64,000 bases of DNA from Rhynchobatus australiae. Its lineage: Eukaryota. Numbering within the stretch: the first letter of the stretch is position 1; every line of letters begins with the position of its first letter. The DNA lies in NCBI GenBank assembly GCA_034780895.1, contig JAUZTB010000066.1:6657238-6721237 (forward strand), written 5' to 3'. Under the pieces are notes generated by a model, which ran no database searches, was not told the DNA's origin, and saw only the letters and a program-made list of their open reading frames with translations. This document shows, one piece after another, positions 50,976-64,000 of this stretch. A program made the position numbers and the translations under genes.

Positions 50976-53900
50976 TTAATGATAAAAAAAAATACAAAAT
51001 GTAAATGCTAAACTCTCTCTTGAAAGAACTCTTGCAAACTAAACACGTTTAACTAAATGTATACAACAAAAAAATAAATTCCCTAGTACTTACTTCCCTG
51101 CAAGCGTTCATCTCCATGCAAATAAATTGAGTTGCCTCCCTCATGCCAGGTTAGACCTTTGCCAGTTCAAGGGCAGATTCCCTAACATAACTGAAGGGGA
51201 ATTGTAGCAAGTTTGGCCTATGCCACTGGATTCCATCAGGCAGTAAGAAAATTGCCAACAAAATGTAGCCAGCAATTTCAAGAGTTTGGCACTTGGGCCA
51301 TCGTCTGAACTTGAAAGAATTTGTGTAGGGAACTGATGGCATGTCAGTGCAGAACTACTGTCATTTTGTCATAAGATCTGGACCATTGTTTCAACTTGCA
51401 AAATGAAAGGTCAGTGATCTGAAACGTTAATTAGTCTGCTTTCCTTTCCATTGATGCTGCCTGACTGCTGAGAGGGTTTCCATCATTTACTGTATTTATT
51501 TCAGTTTCCATCATCTGTCATAGTTTGCATTCATCCTTGATCTTTTAACATGTTTTGTAACACATTTACAAGGTTTTGTTTGCATTTAGTTGTTTTTTAC
51601 AGACCCAGTGATGATGTGTCTTAATAGCTGAATGTTTAATAAACAAAATGAACAAAATTTTTCAAAAGCTAAAAAGTTTAACAAAAAAAAACTTCAAAGT
51701 GAACAATAATATATTAATCCTTAACATGGTTCTTGATTAATTCAGTCATACCACATTTAAACTTGTGCTTCTCCTATGTAAACTTCTGCAGCTTCTCATA
51801 ATGATTTGGGTATCTAATTGAGATAACTGTTTTTGTCCTTGCTACTTTTCAGTATCTAGGCTAGTTTCCTATGGTATAGTCAACAGAATATTTCAATGTG
51901 TCTGGATCAGTACAGTCCATGAACTCAAAATCAATTCATTATCAGCACTGTTCATCTCTCTGTCATTCATATTAGCTCTTCTCTGCAAGTGTACTCTGTA
52001 CTAATGGCTTCATTGATCTATTGTCCAGTGTCCTCAATCCATCTCTTTGTCTTGTACTGTCAAATCCTACTAGTCAGCTTATTATTATCAGCAGTTATTA
52101 CCCTTTTCCCCATCTCCTGATTTTTTTTTTATTTATCCAGACTGTGTTATCTGACATATTTATCCCAGCTCAGCAAAAGCAAATTTCAATACTAAGCTCT
52201 AGTTAACCCTGCTTTTGACCTCCTTGAAGCTTGAAAACATTTCCATTATGGATGTGATCTGTTTTAAACCCATGTTCTATGCTAGTTTTTTGAGAACTGG
52301 TTTCTAATCACTGATGTGGAACCTTGTCAGGAAGTTTAAAAATCCAATCCCATTATAGTAGCTTGTTGCTGTAAATAACAAAAATGCAGCTGCTGGAAAT
52401 CTAAAATAAAAACATAAAATGCTGGAAATACTCGTCTGGTCAGGCCGCATCTGTGGGAAGAGAAACAGAGCCAACGTTCCAGGTTGGAGCCCCTTCATCA
52501 GAACATGTACTTATTGCTGTCGTGCAGCATCTGTAATATTTTAAGAAAACTTCAAGTCAGTCAATCAGAAATGTTGCTTTGGTGATTGTTAACTTATTTT
52601 CCTCTTCAACTGTTGTTGAACTATATTGTACTTAATATCCAGCTTTACTTCTCATTTTTCAAGTTATGCAAATGTAAAGTGTTCTGGAATGTTGCTACAT
52701 ATGAAAAGGTGCTATATAGAAGCATTTTATCCCCCACTTGTAACCACAGCAGCTAATTGGGTGGTCATTTCAGTGACTTATTGAAGCAAGTGAATCAACT
52801 GTTATTCTTCTGAACTGTCTCTTGGAAATCATATCCAAATGTTATGTGTAGTAATTCATTTTATCTTCCAAGCTACATAAAAATATTTTTGTAGGAATTT
52901 TTATTTGATAAATAGGGTTTTGCCCCACTACAGCCAGGATTTTATCAAACATTGAAAGTAGCTACAGGGGTTTTTGAAGGTTGCATTTAAAATAAAGCAG
53001 ATAGGATTACAGAAGAATGGATGTGTTTGGTGACAATAGCTTATGGCTAATTATCTATTGGTTTAGGACAGTGTTATAAATGTAAGCATGTTACTATTGT
53101 AGGGGACTGTTACTTTAAAGTTTCCCAAGACTTTCATAGTGGCATGTATAGATAACTGCAAGGATTCTAAGAAAGTGGGTGGATGAGGTTCGAGATGTGG
53201 GTTGGATTGAGGGAAGATTTAAACCCGTGGAAGAAAGTTTAAGTATGAGACACATTGGGCATGGTGCTTGGGTTAACACGAACTAGTGAAGATCAGTGTG
53301 GGCAAGTATAATGAGGAAGTTGAACTTGAAATTGGATAGGTTACATGAATGAGTTGAGATATGTGGCATATAGAATATCAATCTAAAAAGAATTTGGGTA
53401 ATTGAGTCTGATGGTGACCAAGGTTTGCATAAGGACTTCATTATCAGATGGTCTGAGGTAAAGACGGAATCAGATTTATTATTACTGACTTGTATGACGT
53501 GAAATTTATTGTAATGCTGCAGCAGTACAATTTAAAGATATAAAATTACTATAAATTACAAAACTAAATAGTGCAAAAAAAAGGAATGAAAGAGATGCAT
53601 GATGGTGTAAAAATGTAATTCGTAATGAAGTGAAGATAGAGTGAAAGTTTAGTTTGGCTGAACAGCAGTTTGGGATTTTAAATGCTCTAATTTCACATGA
53701 TACATTGGTTAGGCAATGGTAGTTTGAGTTTGTGGAATTTTTGCTCGGGGCTGAAAAATACAAGTTTCAGTGTCCCACTGTTAAACTAGATTAAATTATG
53801 ATCAATGAGATGTGTTAAACTGCCATTGTCATGGATAATGTTTTTTTCAGTTCTGTTTCGTGCATAATCCACAGTAGTAGTATATGATAACACTGTATGA

Positions 53901-54749
53901 CTCAAACTAGTGGTATAATATTTGTTTTTAAGAATGTTATCACACTTACTGGATTACAATGTCACCCTTAAAAGGATCTTTTAATCAACATGCTTGTCTT
54001 GAGCTATTGTGATGTTATTGGTTATGAATATATAGGTAGTATTTTATGAGTCCCTATTAACAAATTCTGCATATAATTGATACTACAATCTGATAATTTC
54101 TCATAAAATGTATGCATTTGTTGCCTGTAGGCCTGGTATTCATAAAGACTTGTATCTAGCTCGCACTTGCTTTGTGCTCCTCAGGTAATATGGAAGGTAC
54201 TTTGTAAAGTTGAGTAAGATTGGAAATTACTTGTAAAGGTAAATCCAGAATACTTGCAAATTAAATTATCACAGGAGAGCTTTAAACTGGTTCAAATTTG
54301 CCAAAGCAATTTAGGACACTATCAAAATTGCTCATACACTTCCCAACACATGGAGTTGTAAAGTAACAGAAAAGAGACTTTTTTTCTCTCTCACTGTTGC
54401 AAGGCATGCGAGTTTTAAATCAGAATTCAGTTTCTCAATTTAATTAGTTGTTCTTGCCTCTCCTCCCAAATCTCCTGTCTTCTGTAAACTGTTTTTGGCA
54501 GAATCAAGTAATAAAGATCTCTGCTTTAAATTGGTAGTTTCAGTTCCCATGGATTCTAACATTGAAAGCTATTTTCTTCTAGGCTAATAGTCAAATAAAA
54601 CAACATTTCCCAGTTCCCAAGAAATATATTTCCTGATGAGTACAGAGCCGATGTTTGTTTAAGAGCATTGCATTGGGATATTAATGAGATACTGCAGTGA
54701 ATAAACAGGAGTGCAGGTTCTCTCTGGTTCATTACATTTATTATTTTAC

Positions 54750-55760
54750 ATAGAGCACTACAGCACAGTACAGGCCCTTCGGCCACGATGTTGTGCTGAC
54801 ATTTTATCTTGCTTTAAGATCTATCTAACCCTTCCCTCCCACCTCGCCCCCCCCCCNNNNNNNNNNNNNNNNNNNNNNNNNNNNNNNNNNNNNNNNNNNN
54901 NNNNNNNNNNNNNNNNNNNNNNNNNNNNNNNNNNNNNNNNNNNNNNNNNNNNNNNNNNNNNNNNNNNNNNNNNNNNNNNNNNNNNNNNNNNNNNNNNNNN
55001 NNNNNNNNNNNNNNNNNNNNNNNNNNNNNNNNNNNNNNNNNNNNNNNNNNNNNNNNNNNNNNNNNNNNNNNNNNNNNNNNNNNNNNNNNNNNNNNNNNNN
55101 NNNNNNNNNNNNNNNNNNNNNNNNNNNNNNNNNNNNNNNNNNNNNNNNNNNNNNNNNNNNNNNNNNNNNNNNNNNNNNNNNNNNNNNNNNNNNNNNNNNN
55201 NNNNNNNNNNNNNNNNNNNNNNNNNNNNNNNNNNNNNNNNNNNNNNNNNNNNNNNNNNNNNNNNNNNNNNNNNNNNNNNNNNNNNNNNNNNNNNNNNNNN
55301 NNNNNNNNNNNNNNNNNNNNNNNNNNNNNNNNNNNNNNNNNNNNNNNNNNNNNNNNNNNNNNNNNNNNNNNNNNNNNNNNNNNNNNNNNNNNNNNNNNNN
55401 NNNNNNNNNNNNNNNNNNNNNNNNNNNNNNNNNNNNNNNNNNNNNNNNNNNNNNNNNNNNNNNNNNNNNNNNNNNNNNNNNNNNNNNNNNNNNNNNNNNN
55501 NNNNNNNNNNNNNNNNNNNNNNNNNNNNNNNNNNNNNNNNNNNNNNNNNNNNNNNNNNNNNNNNNNNNNNNNNNNNNNNNNNNNNNNNNNNNNNNNNNNN
55601 NNNNNNNNNNNNNNNNNNNNNNNNNNNNNNNNNNNNNNNNNNNNNNNNNNNNNNNNNNNNNNNNNNNNNNNNNNNNNNNNNNNNNNTCATCCAAGTCATT
55701 TATAAAAATCACAAAGAGCAGGGATCCCAGAACAGATCCCTGCAGAACACCACTGGTCAC
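54750..55760 (-). mobile_element. Young CR1/HER1-like LINE, mostly hidden in a gap
   Basis: Left flank is the 3' tail (acagcacagtacaggcccttcggcc); right flank translates VTSGVLQGSVLGSLLFVIFINDLD (RT PQGS/NDL motifs). Confidence 0.8.
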
Positions 55761-57464
55761 CGACCTCCAAGCTGGAGGTTGTATGGATTCAATAATTATA
55801 AGAAGTTATAATTTATTGCTTAGAGAATTGAATATAAAAGTAGGAAGGTTATGCTTCAGTTATGTAGGACATTGGTGAGGCAATATTGGTGTCCTTATTT
55901 AAAGAAGAATGTTAAGGTATTGGAAACGGTTCATAGAAGGTTTACTAAGCTAATAAATGGAATGGGTGGATTGTCTTATGAGGAAAGGTTGGACAGCTAC
56001 TTTTGTACTCCTGGAGTTTAGGAGAGGGGACTGGTTGAAACATACGAACTGGCATTGTTTAATAGTCACTTGCAAAGGTATGTATTCATTTTTTTCTTTC
56101 CCCATCAATATAGCTGTTTTTAAAATGGATGCTTTATGACTTTTATACAGCAAATCCACTTTGAAAGTAAGCAGGTCATAATTTTAGATGAACTGTGATT
56201 CTAATCAAGCCAAACAGAATTTTGCACATTGTCCAGTGTAATTTGACAGGAATCACAAAATTCCTGCGAAGGAAAGAGTGATCTTATCTAGTCTTTTGAT
56301 GCAACAATATTATGCAGCACCATAATACTTAAGAAATAAAGTTGAATTATCATAGAGTTGCATTGAAAAAAATGATTGATCCGTCTCTTTCAATGTTGCA
56401 GAGTTCATTAAAAATTTGTATTTGTTACAAATTCTATGTTATTTAATAATTATAATGTCTCTGAAACCCAGTAAATACATCATCTCTGCCCTGTTTCACC
56501 CATTCTTACTCTATCTTTAAATTGCTCTGCACATTTATACATGGAGGAGGCTAATGCTCTTTCTGGCAGATGTGTGCAATTGCAAAGCAAATCATAGGAA
56601 AACGAATCCACTGGCTCAAATCTAACAGACTCATTTAACTTGGAACATGTTTCTGAATTACTTTATCAAAGATAAACTTCTTCAGTTCATTGACTACTTT
56701 TATAATTCCATATTAAATGAGATCAGTGTATTTCAAGCTGTACTTTGCAAATAGTATAATTGCTACATTTGTTCTCCTACATTAGCTTAGGCCCCAGTTT
56801 TGATGCTGATGGAAGTGCTGCAAAATTGCTGGCAACCAATTTCTCCAAGGGTGATTGGATAGCATTATTCTAATGTTCTTCTAGTTTGACATTGCAGATA
56901 TGTTTAGTAATATGGAAAAGTGCAGTTGATAAATGTTGTGATGTGCATGAAAACCTTGGATGAATGAAACTGATGATCCAGTGGGATAATTCTTCAGCAC
57001 ATTTCAGCACAAAATAGATGGACCATAACATATTGCAATCAATCTAATTGTGAAACAGTAGAAGGATGGAAAGAAGAAAATAATTGATCAGTTATTCTTG
57101 TTGGTAACTTACAATTACTTGGCAGCTGATTTGTGTTCGGGCAGATGTTTGGATGCTGGTAGAAATAGTTCAGGACATCTAACTAAAGGATGCCATGGTA
57201 TTTTGGTTCCCCCTATATAGCATGTATAAATGTCTCCCAAAAAAATTTATTATCTGCACATTTGGCATAATAATTATCAGGGATTTTTAATTCGGCCTCC
57301 AATTCATTTTGTCATTCTGGTGATCTCTAACATTAGAGTTGAAAGATAAGAGTTAACTTACAAGAAGGGTTTCGAGAATGTTGCATGTTAAGGTTGAGAA
57401 ATCCAGATATAACTTTGAATGAGAATTCTAAATTTAAGAGAAGGAGCCTTAGTAGGTCCTGTAC

Positions 57465-57775
57465 TCTCATACAGGACACCATTTGATCTATCAAGTCTAT
57501 GCCAGCTCCTAGAACAATTCAGTCAGTACTATCACCTCGTTTATTTCTCTGTAATCCATTCTTTTTCATTTGCTCATTAACTCCATCCTGATTCTGCTAC
57601 CACCTAACTATACTAGGAATGGTTAACAGTAACTAATTAACCTACCAATCAGCACATATTGGAGATGTGAGCAGAAACTAGAGCATCTGGGGCAAGCCCA
57701 TGTGGTCCTAGGGAATACTATCTCCACACTGACAGTCCCAAGGCCTGGATTGAACCTGGCTGAAGATGCAAGGCA
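57465..57775 (-). mobile_element. V-SINE (HE1-like)
   Basis: aattaacctaccaatcagcacatattggagatgtgagcagaaactagagcatc...ggattgaacc. Confidence 0.65.
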
Positions 57776-60700
57776 CCGACATTTCTCGCTGCCCACGTAG
57801 AGGATGATTATAATGGCATGCATGCTTAGAACAGAATGTGATCCAAGCAGCTGTGTTTTGAATAGGTTGGCTGAAGGAAGCTCAGCAAGATGAGGATTGG
57901 AATGAATACAGGCTTTCAACAGTTGGAGTAAAGTCATTAAATTGCATGGAAGTTAGCATNNNNNNNNNNNNNNNNNNNNNNNNNNGGGGGTATATCGAAT
58001 GTTTGATCCCTTTTAATCCATGCACAGACTTTCTGAATTCAGTGGTATGACCAGGATGCACATGTGGTTAGTGAAAAGGTTGTGGTACATTTTCTCCTTG
58101 AAATACTAGATTCTTTGTTTCCACAAAGGTATTGAGCAAAGAATTTCAGGGCATTCAACCTCCAGCTACAAAGGGATAGCAGTCTATGGTGTGTTAGGAT
58201 GGTGTATATTGATGTCAGTTTATTGGTGTTGCCTCTTTATTTCTGTTTTCTTTCCCCCTATATTTGTGGTTGAGATAGCTGGAGAGTTCTCAGAGTAATC
58301 AGAGTTGGTTGAATTCATTATTGCAAGTTGCATGTATTGTGACCTGGTATGTTGATGATGGGGGGTAGATGTTGAATGTAGACAATTGCTAGATCCAGGA
58401 TAGTATCAAGTTGCTTCTGTTTTTGCAACTGCATCTTTTAGGGAAGTGGGGAGTATTCCATCACATTCCTAATGAGAGCTAGAGAACATCAGTAAGTTGT
58501 GAGGGGCCAGGGTTGTGCTGCTTGTTAGAGTACCTGACCCCTGCCATATTTTTGTGGTTACAGTATTTATAAGATTGGTATGTTTAAGCTTCTGGATGTG
58601 GATAATCTCCAAGATGTTGTTGGCTGAAGATTTGATGATTGTTATTTTATTCAAAGCCAGGGAAAAAATGCAATCATTATCTGGATCGTGCATGATGATG
58701 TTATATGCTGTTAGATGTCAGACCCAGTTTAGATGTATATTAGAATGCAGTTCCATTATCGAGTAATATTAATCTGTTATGAATTAAATTGATTTACTTC
58801 TAGAAATGTCAATCACTCAACTTTCCTGCTGAACTTACGATGAAGGAAAAGTCATTGATGAAATAACTGAAGGATGTTGGTTTGGGAAAGGGAAAGCTTC
58901 CCTGAGGAAAATTCTGCAGAAATGTTCATGATTGGTGTCTGACAATGGCACCAAATTCCAGAGTACTCCATTGAAATCATGCTTCTCTGAGTCATTCCTT
59001 ATCCAACTTGACGTTTATGGTTTTATTTTATTCCTAAACTTTGATATGATCAGAGTCTTTCATTTATTCATTTTTGGTTATCTTGGTGTCATTGGCAAGG
59101 CCAGCATTTATTGCCAATGAGAAGGTGATGGTGAGCCACTACCTCGGGGGGTGGGGAGACACAGTTTTCCACAGATTTAGATCTAACAACGATGAAGGAA
59201 TGGGAATGTGCTGATGTTCCCTTGCACTTGAAGCCCTTGTCCTTGGCAGTAAAGGTCAAGGGTTTGGGTAGTGCTGTGGAATAACCCAAGCAAGTAACTG
59301 CTATGTATTTAGGAGATGGGACAGACTGCAGCCATCATGCATGAATGGTGGAGAGAATAAATGTTTAGGGTGGTAGATGTTATTGAGCAAGAGTGTTAGA
59401 ACTTCGTTCATCTGGGCCAATGTGGAGCAATGCACTTTGTTTTGGTTTAATCTGTTTAGTAATTAAACTAGAAAAGCATTGGCTTAGCTGTTTTGTTTAT
59501 TTGTTTCTTACAGATTCATTAACAGGTTTGCCTGTTTAGGAATTAAAATTAAGGATGCAGACTTTAAAATGAGACAAAATATAGATAAATAACATGGGTG
59601 TTCTATTTGCTGGTACTTGATGTGAATAGATTTAGTTTCAATACTGGGAAGAACTTTGTACTTTCTACCATGTGACTAATCATGTGTGCGCACACTGGGA
59701 ATATTTATAGTTGGTTGCCAGCTGCTGGTTTTTGGTATTTTGCCCACTTCTCTGAGTGAGGCTCTACTGCAGACCGTTAATGCTTGTAAACAGAAAAAAA
59801 AATTATGCTCATGTTTTGCAAGAATTTTAAATATTTGCAAGAATTCTTAAATTTCCTAACAAATTTAATAGTATTCAACTTTACAGCGAGGTTAGATGTA
59901 CTGAAAATAAATTGACCACTTTGTGTTTTAGTTTGTTATTAGCACAAACAAATGAAAACAATATTTTCCTATCCATACCCCAAGTCTGAACACAATAAGA
60001 ATTGTTTGCAGTTGCAAAAATTTACACTGAATTGTTGTTCTAGTTAAATATTGGAGGTTTTTGTTTAGAATTTAACTGTTTAAGGTTGTTGGGTTATATT
60101 TTTTCCTGTTTCCAGAAAAAAGATTCACCGAGCAACAATTACACATTTTTTTGGTGCTGACCCAGGAGACATGGTTGAGGAACTGTGCCAGCTTGCAGTT
60201 TGCAGTGCTATGATACAATCCTGAATTTCTACTCTTTCTAGGGTCTTTTATCACTGCATTTATTTACAGACTAATAGAAAAGGTGATGAGCAAAGTAGCA
60301 TAGATGTAAATAGTTCTCAGTTGAAACAAAAATCTGTGATGACTCTTCAATTTGATTTTACAGTTGCTGTTTAAAGTATTTGCATTAATTTGCCTAAAGC
60401 AAGCATTTAACTAATAATTATTGTGATTGTATCGTCATACAGTCTGTTATTTGTATTTGATTGGGTAGTTTGGGCTATGGAGTCCTCCACAATGTATTTT
60501 GATACTTTTCACAGAGTTCTTGAAAAAGAACATTTGAACAAAACAAGTACTTGTTAGTCAGAGAAATGAACGCATAAAGAGGGGAATGGTAGGGGGTAGT
60601 CCAACAGAGAGGATGTGAAATAAAAGAACAAAGACCAAGTAAAAGTGATTGTTTGGAGTTTTGTAGGCAGGAAAGGAAAATAGCTAAATTGAAATAGATT

Positions 60701-61156
60701 GGTGTTAAAATTCCTGAGAGCACAATGACTGAAAGATTGGTGTCTCTGTTAGAATTAAGGGAGGCAATAATACAATGAACAGCAAATGGGACAGTCTGGG
60801 ACATGCATTTGGCAAAGTTAGCAGCTGATATCAATTGGCCCTTTCAGCAACTTGCTTTGTGAAAAGTTCAAAATCTAAATGTGCAAGGGCAAGTCCAACT
60901 AACAAATGCCAGAACAAATCCTCGCTCAATATTGTTATTGGGTCTTAATACAAACACTTATTCTTTAGAAGTGTTGTGGAGTTGGCTTAGTAGTGCTCAG
61001 CTGTGTGTGGTTTAATGTATTTAATCAGCTGAAGTAAGCTGTTTTTCTGTAGCACTTGTTCCTATGCAACATGTTCAGGAGTAAGTATTTTCCACCCCAT
61101 CAAGGGGAAAGAACTGCAACCGAAGTCATAATTGCATACTTTTTTTTCTATTTCAG

Positions 61157-61189
61157 GAGACTCCAAACTCTGTTCATTTGGTGATGGAG
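61157..61189 (+). CDS. ulk2: ulk2 coding exon 4 (ETPNSVHLVME), 33 nt
   Basis: ttttctatttcag|GAG acceptor; GAG|GTAAGC donor; matches human ELPNSVFLVME, including the gatekeeper Met. Confidence 0.94.
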
Positions 61190-62149
61190 GTAAGCTTAAA
61201 AAATACTTTGATGGCTATAAATATTACATCGCAGCACGAAGGAACAGTCTACAGTCCCATGCACAATCTTATAATTGTCCATATAGCTCTCTTTTAATTG
61301 TTAAACCCAAAAACATATCCACACGCTCGTCTTGCTGATGAGCAAAGCAGTCAGATATTTTTGTTGGTATATTAGTTCTGGCCATCTGGTTTAGTTACTT
61401 ATCATTTTAACCATGCAATTCAAATTTTCAGGATTAGCCCGTTAATTACCCAATACCTGTAATATCACCAGCTATAACACAACGTTGCATGATGATTGGC
61501 GCACTAAATTGCATTTCCTCATCAGAGAGAGAATGAATCCTCCCTTGACACTCGGTCTTCGATGCCCGCCACATTGCAAGTAAATCCTTTTAACAACTGC
61601 ACAAGTGAGAGGAGGGAAGCCACATGGGCCTGGATGCGGGACACTTGTTTGCCTTCAAATGGAGGAGAAAATTGAAAGATTCTTACTGGTTCGCAAACTC
61701 GCACAACATAGCTTTGAAGTAATTTGGAAATATACGAATCCATTTTAAACCAGCAAAAAAATTGGTTAAGAATTGCATGCAATAATTCAAAGGCTATTAA
61801 TCATGACAATGGCCAACATGAATTTTGAATATCTCAGCAACTTCTTTTCCTTTCATTAGTATAGTCAATGCAAAATTTTTTAAGGTCATAGCCTATTCCC
61901 ACTCCATGTTGCCTTGGTGTTCCCTCAGGCAGCCTTATTAATTCCATTTAGGGTAGTGCTGAAGGAAAGTAGAGTTTCACCTAACAGATTGTTATACACT
62001 GCTGTTTTTTTTAAGCCCTTCTAGGGAGCTAGATTTTGTTTGCTTTGCCATCCTGGTAATCCATGTAAATATGCAGTATCTTTTCAAGTCTCTGTATTTT
62101 GAATATTATTTTATTCCATTATATTGATACTAATCTTAAATACAATGGA

Positions 62150-62372
62150 ATTGCTGAAAATACAGAGCAGGTCAGGCAGCATCTATGGAGAGAGAAACAG
62201 TGCCGTGTCTCAATCTCGATGACCATTCAGAAGAATGGTTCTTATCAATGGTCATTGACCTGAAGTGTTAACATTGTTTTTCTCTCTCCACCTGTGCAAC
62301 CTGAACTGCTGAATTTTTCCAACACTTTTTGTTTTTATTTCTGATTTCCAGCATCTGCAGGATTTTGCTTTT
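62150..62372. mobile_element. Fold-back Penelope-like repeat remnant
   Basis: Inverted arms gcaggtcaggcagcatctatggagagagaaaca / tgtttttctctctccacctgtgcaacctgaactgc. Related pieces at about 12090, 12430, 20700, 22965, 45640, 51400 and 52375. Confidence 0.5.
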
Positions 62373-62808
62373 AGGTACCGCAGTACTTAGAATTGGAAAG
62401 AATTTTCCAACCTAAAACTATTCATATGTATTCATTTAATGATACCTTTAACTGGCAAGATGAAAATGGGGATTTGATCTGCCTTTAACTGTGGTCACTT
62501 ATGTCCTCTATCTTCCATAAGATGCATTCATTCTTGCCATGCAACTGGGGTATTTATTATTTGGTCCAGAAGGCATGATGCAACATGCTGAGTATTCAGA
62601 GACTCCACTACCTGTGTTATTCAGAGATAGATTCCGGATAGATTATTGTGATCAGTGAAATTAGAAAAAAATTCTGTAATTGTTAACTGCATTCTCTTGG
62701 GTAGAAGTGAAAGAGAAAAGTACAAATAAAAGCAATTTTAATTTTAAGTTCCTGAAGAATAATGGCTTGAATATATTGTGTTGACTTCATTTTTTAATTC
62801 TCCCTTAG

Positions 62809-62845
62809 TACTGCAAGGGCGGTGACCTGGCAGATTATCTGCAAG
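62809..62845 (+). CDS. ulk2: ulk2 coding exon 5 (YCKGGDLADYLQ); gene continues beyond the window
   Basis: ttctcccttag|TAC acceptor; G|GTAAGT donor; matches ULK YCNGGDLADYLQ except for one residue. Confidence 0.94.
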
Positions 62846-64000
62846 GTAAGTTGAAACGTTTTTGATTGTTAGTGGTTATGTATTAGTTCCTTTCTCTGGG
62901 TGGTTTTCAAAGAATTGCTGTTCTAAACTGTGATTCAATGATAGCTGCTGATCTCATCAAAGTGCCAGAAATAAATTCAACATTGTCCTGTTTGTACAAT
63001 TGCTTGAATGATGAAATTTTGAAACTGATGTTAAAAAATTGAGAACATTAGGCAGTCGGTGACTTGAAATGTAGCATTTTCAGTATTATTAATAAAAACT
63101 CTTGATCTTGCTCCTGATTTCGGTTTCCTATTTGTAATTTAGTTTTGTTTATAAATCCGGGTTCTGTTTATCCTCTGACACCATTGGTGTCAAGATTCAG
63201 AACTGTTCCCTAACTTTCCTGGGAGCAAGTAGAGGTCACCTACATCAGGTGAATTCAAATTGGAGTCAGTTATACACTAAATTCACCTTATGCAGAGTTA
63301 GTTGTTCAAAACATATGATCTGTAAATTAATCTGAGTCTACATCAGAAACAGCCTCTAGTGCAATTTTTATGAATTTAGGAGGATAGAGAGAAAGTGCCC
63401 TAAAAATATTATATGTTGTAATTGTTTACCAGTCATTGGTGCTCTGAAATATAATGTTAATAGCAAAACATTCTTGAGAACTTTTTATGGATTTTGTTTG
63501 TGTTCTCGTCACAATATTGGGAAAACAAATGCCATGATACTGGAGTACAGTTATTCTTTAATGAATCTAAGCTGTTGAAATAAAGTGACAACAGGGTAAC
63601 CAAACATGATGTTCAATTTTCCCCAAATCTTGAGCTAGAAAGTAACATCTTCACTGGATTTATCTTCCTCTTCATAACTGATCCTGTGCATTAATCAAAG
63701 TTGCATAATTATTAGGGCAGATTATTTTGCTGTTAATATGAATTCATTTGCTTTGGGGTTAAGTTGAACTGTATATCATGCATCGTTCTGTAGAGGTAAA
63801 GATGTCCTCTCTATAATATTGCATACTCCTTTCTATCGGTAGCATATCCTGCAGAATGGGAAACACATCTTCAGTCCTTCCATGCATTAAGCACACTCTT
63901 GTTGCAAATTACGCAGTGTGTGTGAAATCCCACATTGTGTGAAAATGTTGGAAACATTGAACAAGTCATGCAGCACATATGAAAAGAATAGGAGATTTAA

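Overview
Vertebrate nuclear genomic DNA in a draft assembly with many N gaps. It is most likely a cartilaginous fish (shark or ray), judging by HE1/V-SINE, SacSINE1/DeuSINE-like and HER1/CR1-like repeats. Two + strand protein-coding genes were reconstructed by hand. (1) nle1 (Notchless homolog 1, a WD40 60S ribosome-biogenesis factor) has 12 coding exons from ATG 1595 to TGA 23724. They join in frame to 1431 nt (476 aa), with a polyA signal at 23850, and the first non-coding exon is probably outside the window. (2) ulk2 (autophagy-initiating Ser/Thr kinase) is present as its CpG-island promoter (about 32.0-33.5 kb) and first 5 coding exons (33088-62845), and continues beyond the window. The rest is decayed retroelements (CR1/HER1-like, a second CR1-group LINE, Rex1/Babar-like, tRNA-derived SINEs, Penelope-like remnants), and most ORF-track entries are spurious. 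I see no clearly new multi-gene system. The best leads are two consecutive GC-AG introns in nle1, a dense uORF array with an overlapping uORF in the ulk2 leader, a tight TF-motif cluster upstream of ulk2, an N-to-K change at the ULK2 kinase hinge, and hammerhead-ribozyme-like cores in fold-back Penelope-like repeats. Exon coordinates were counted base by base. Repeat boundaries are approximate and family names come from recalled consensus sequences, not a database search.
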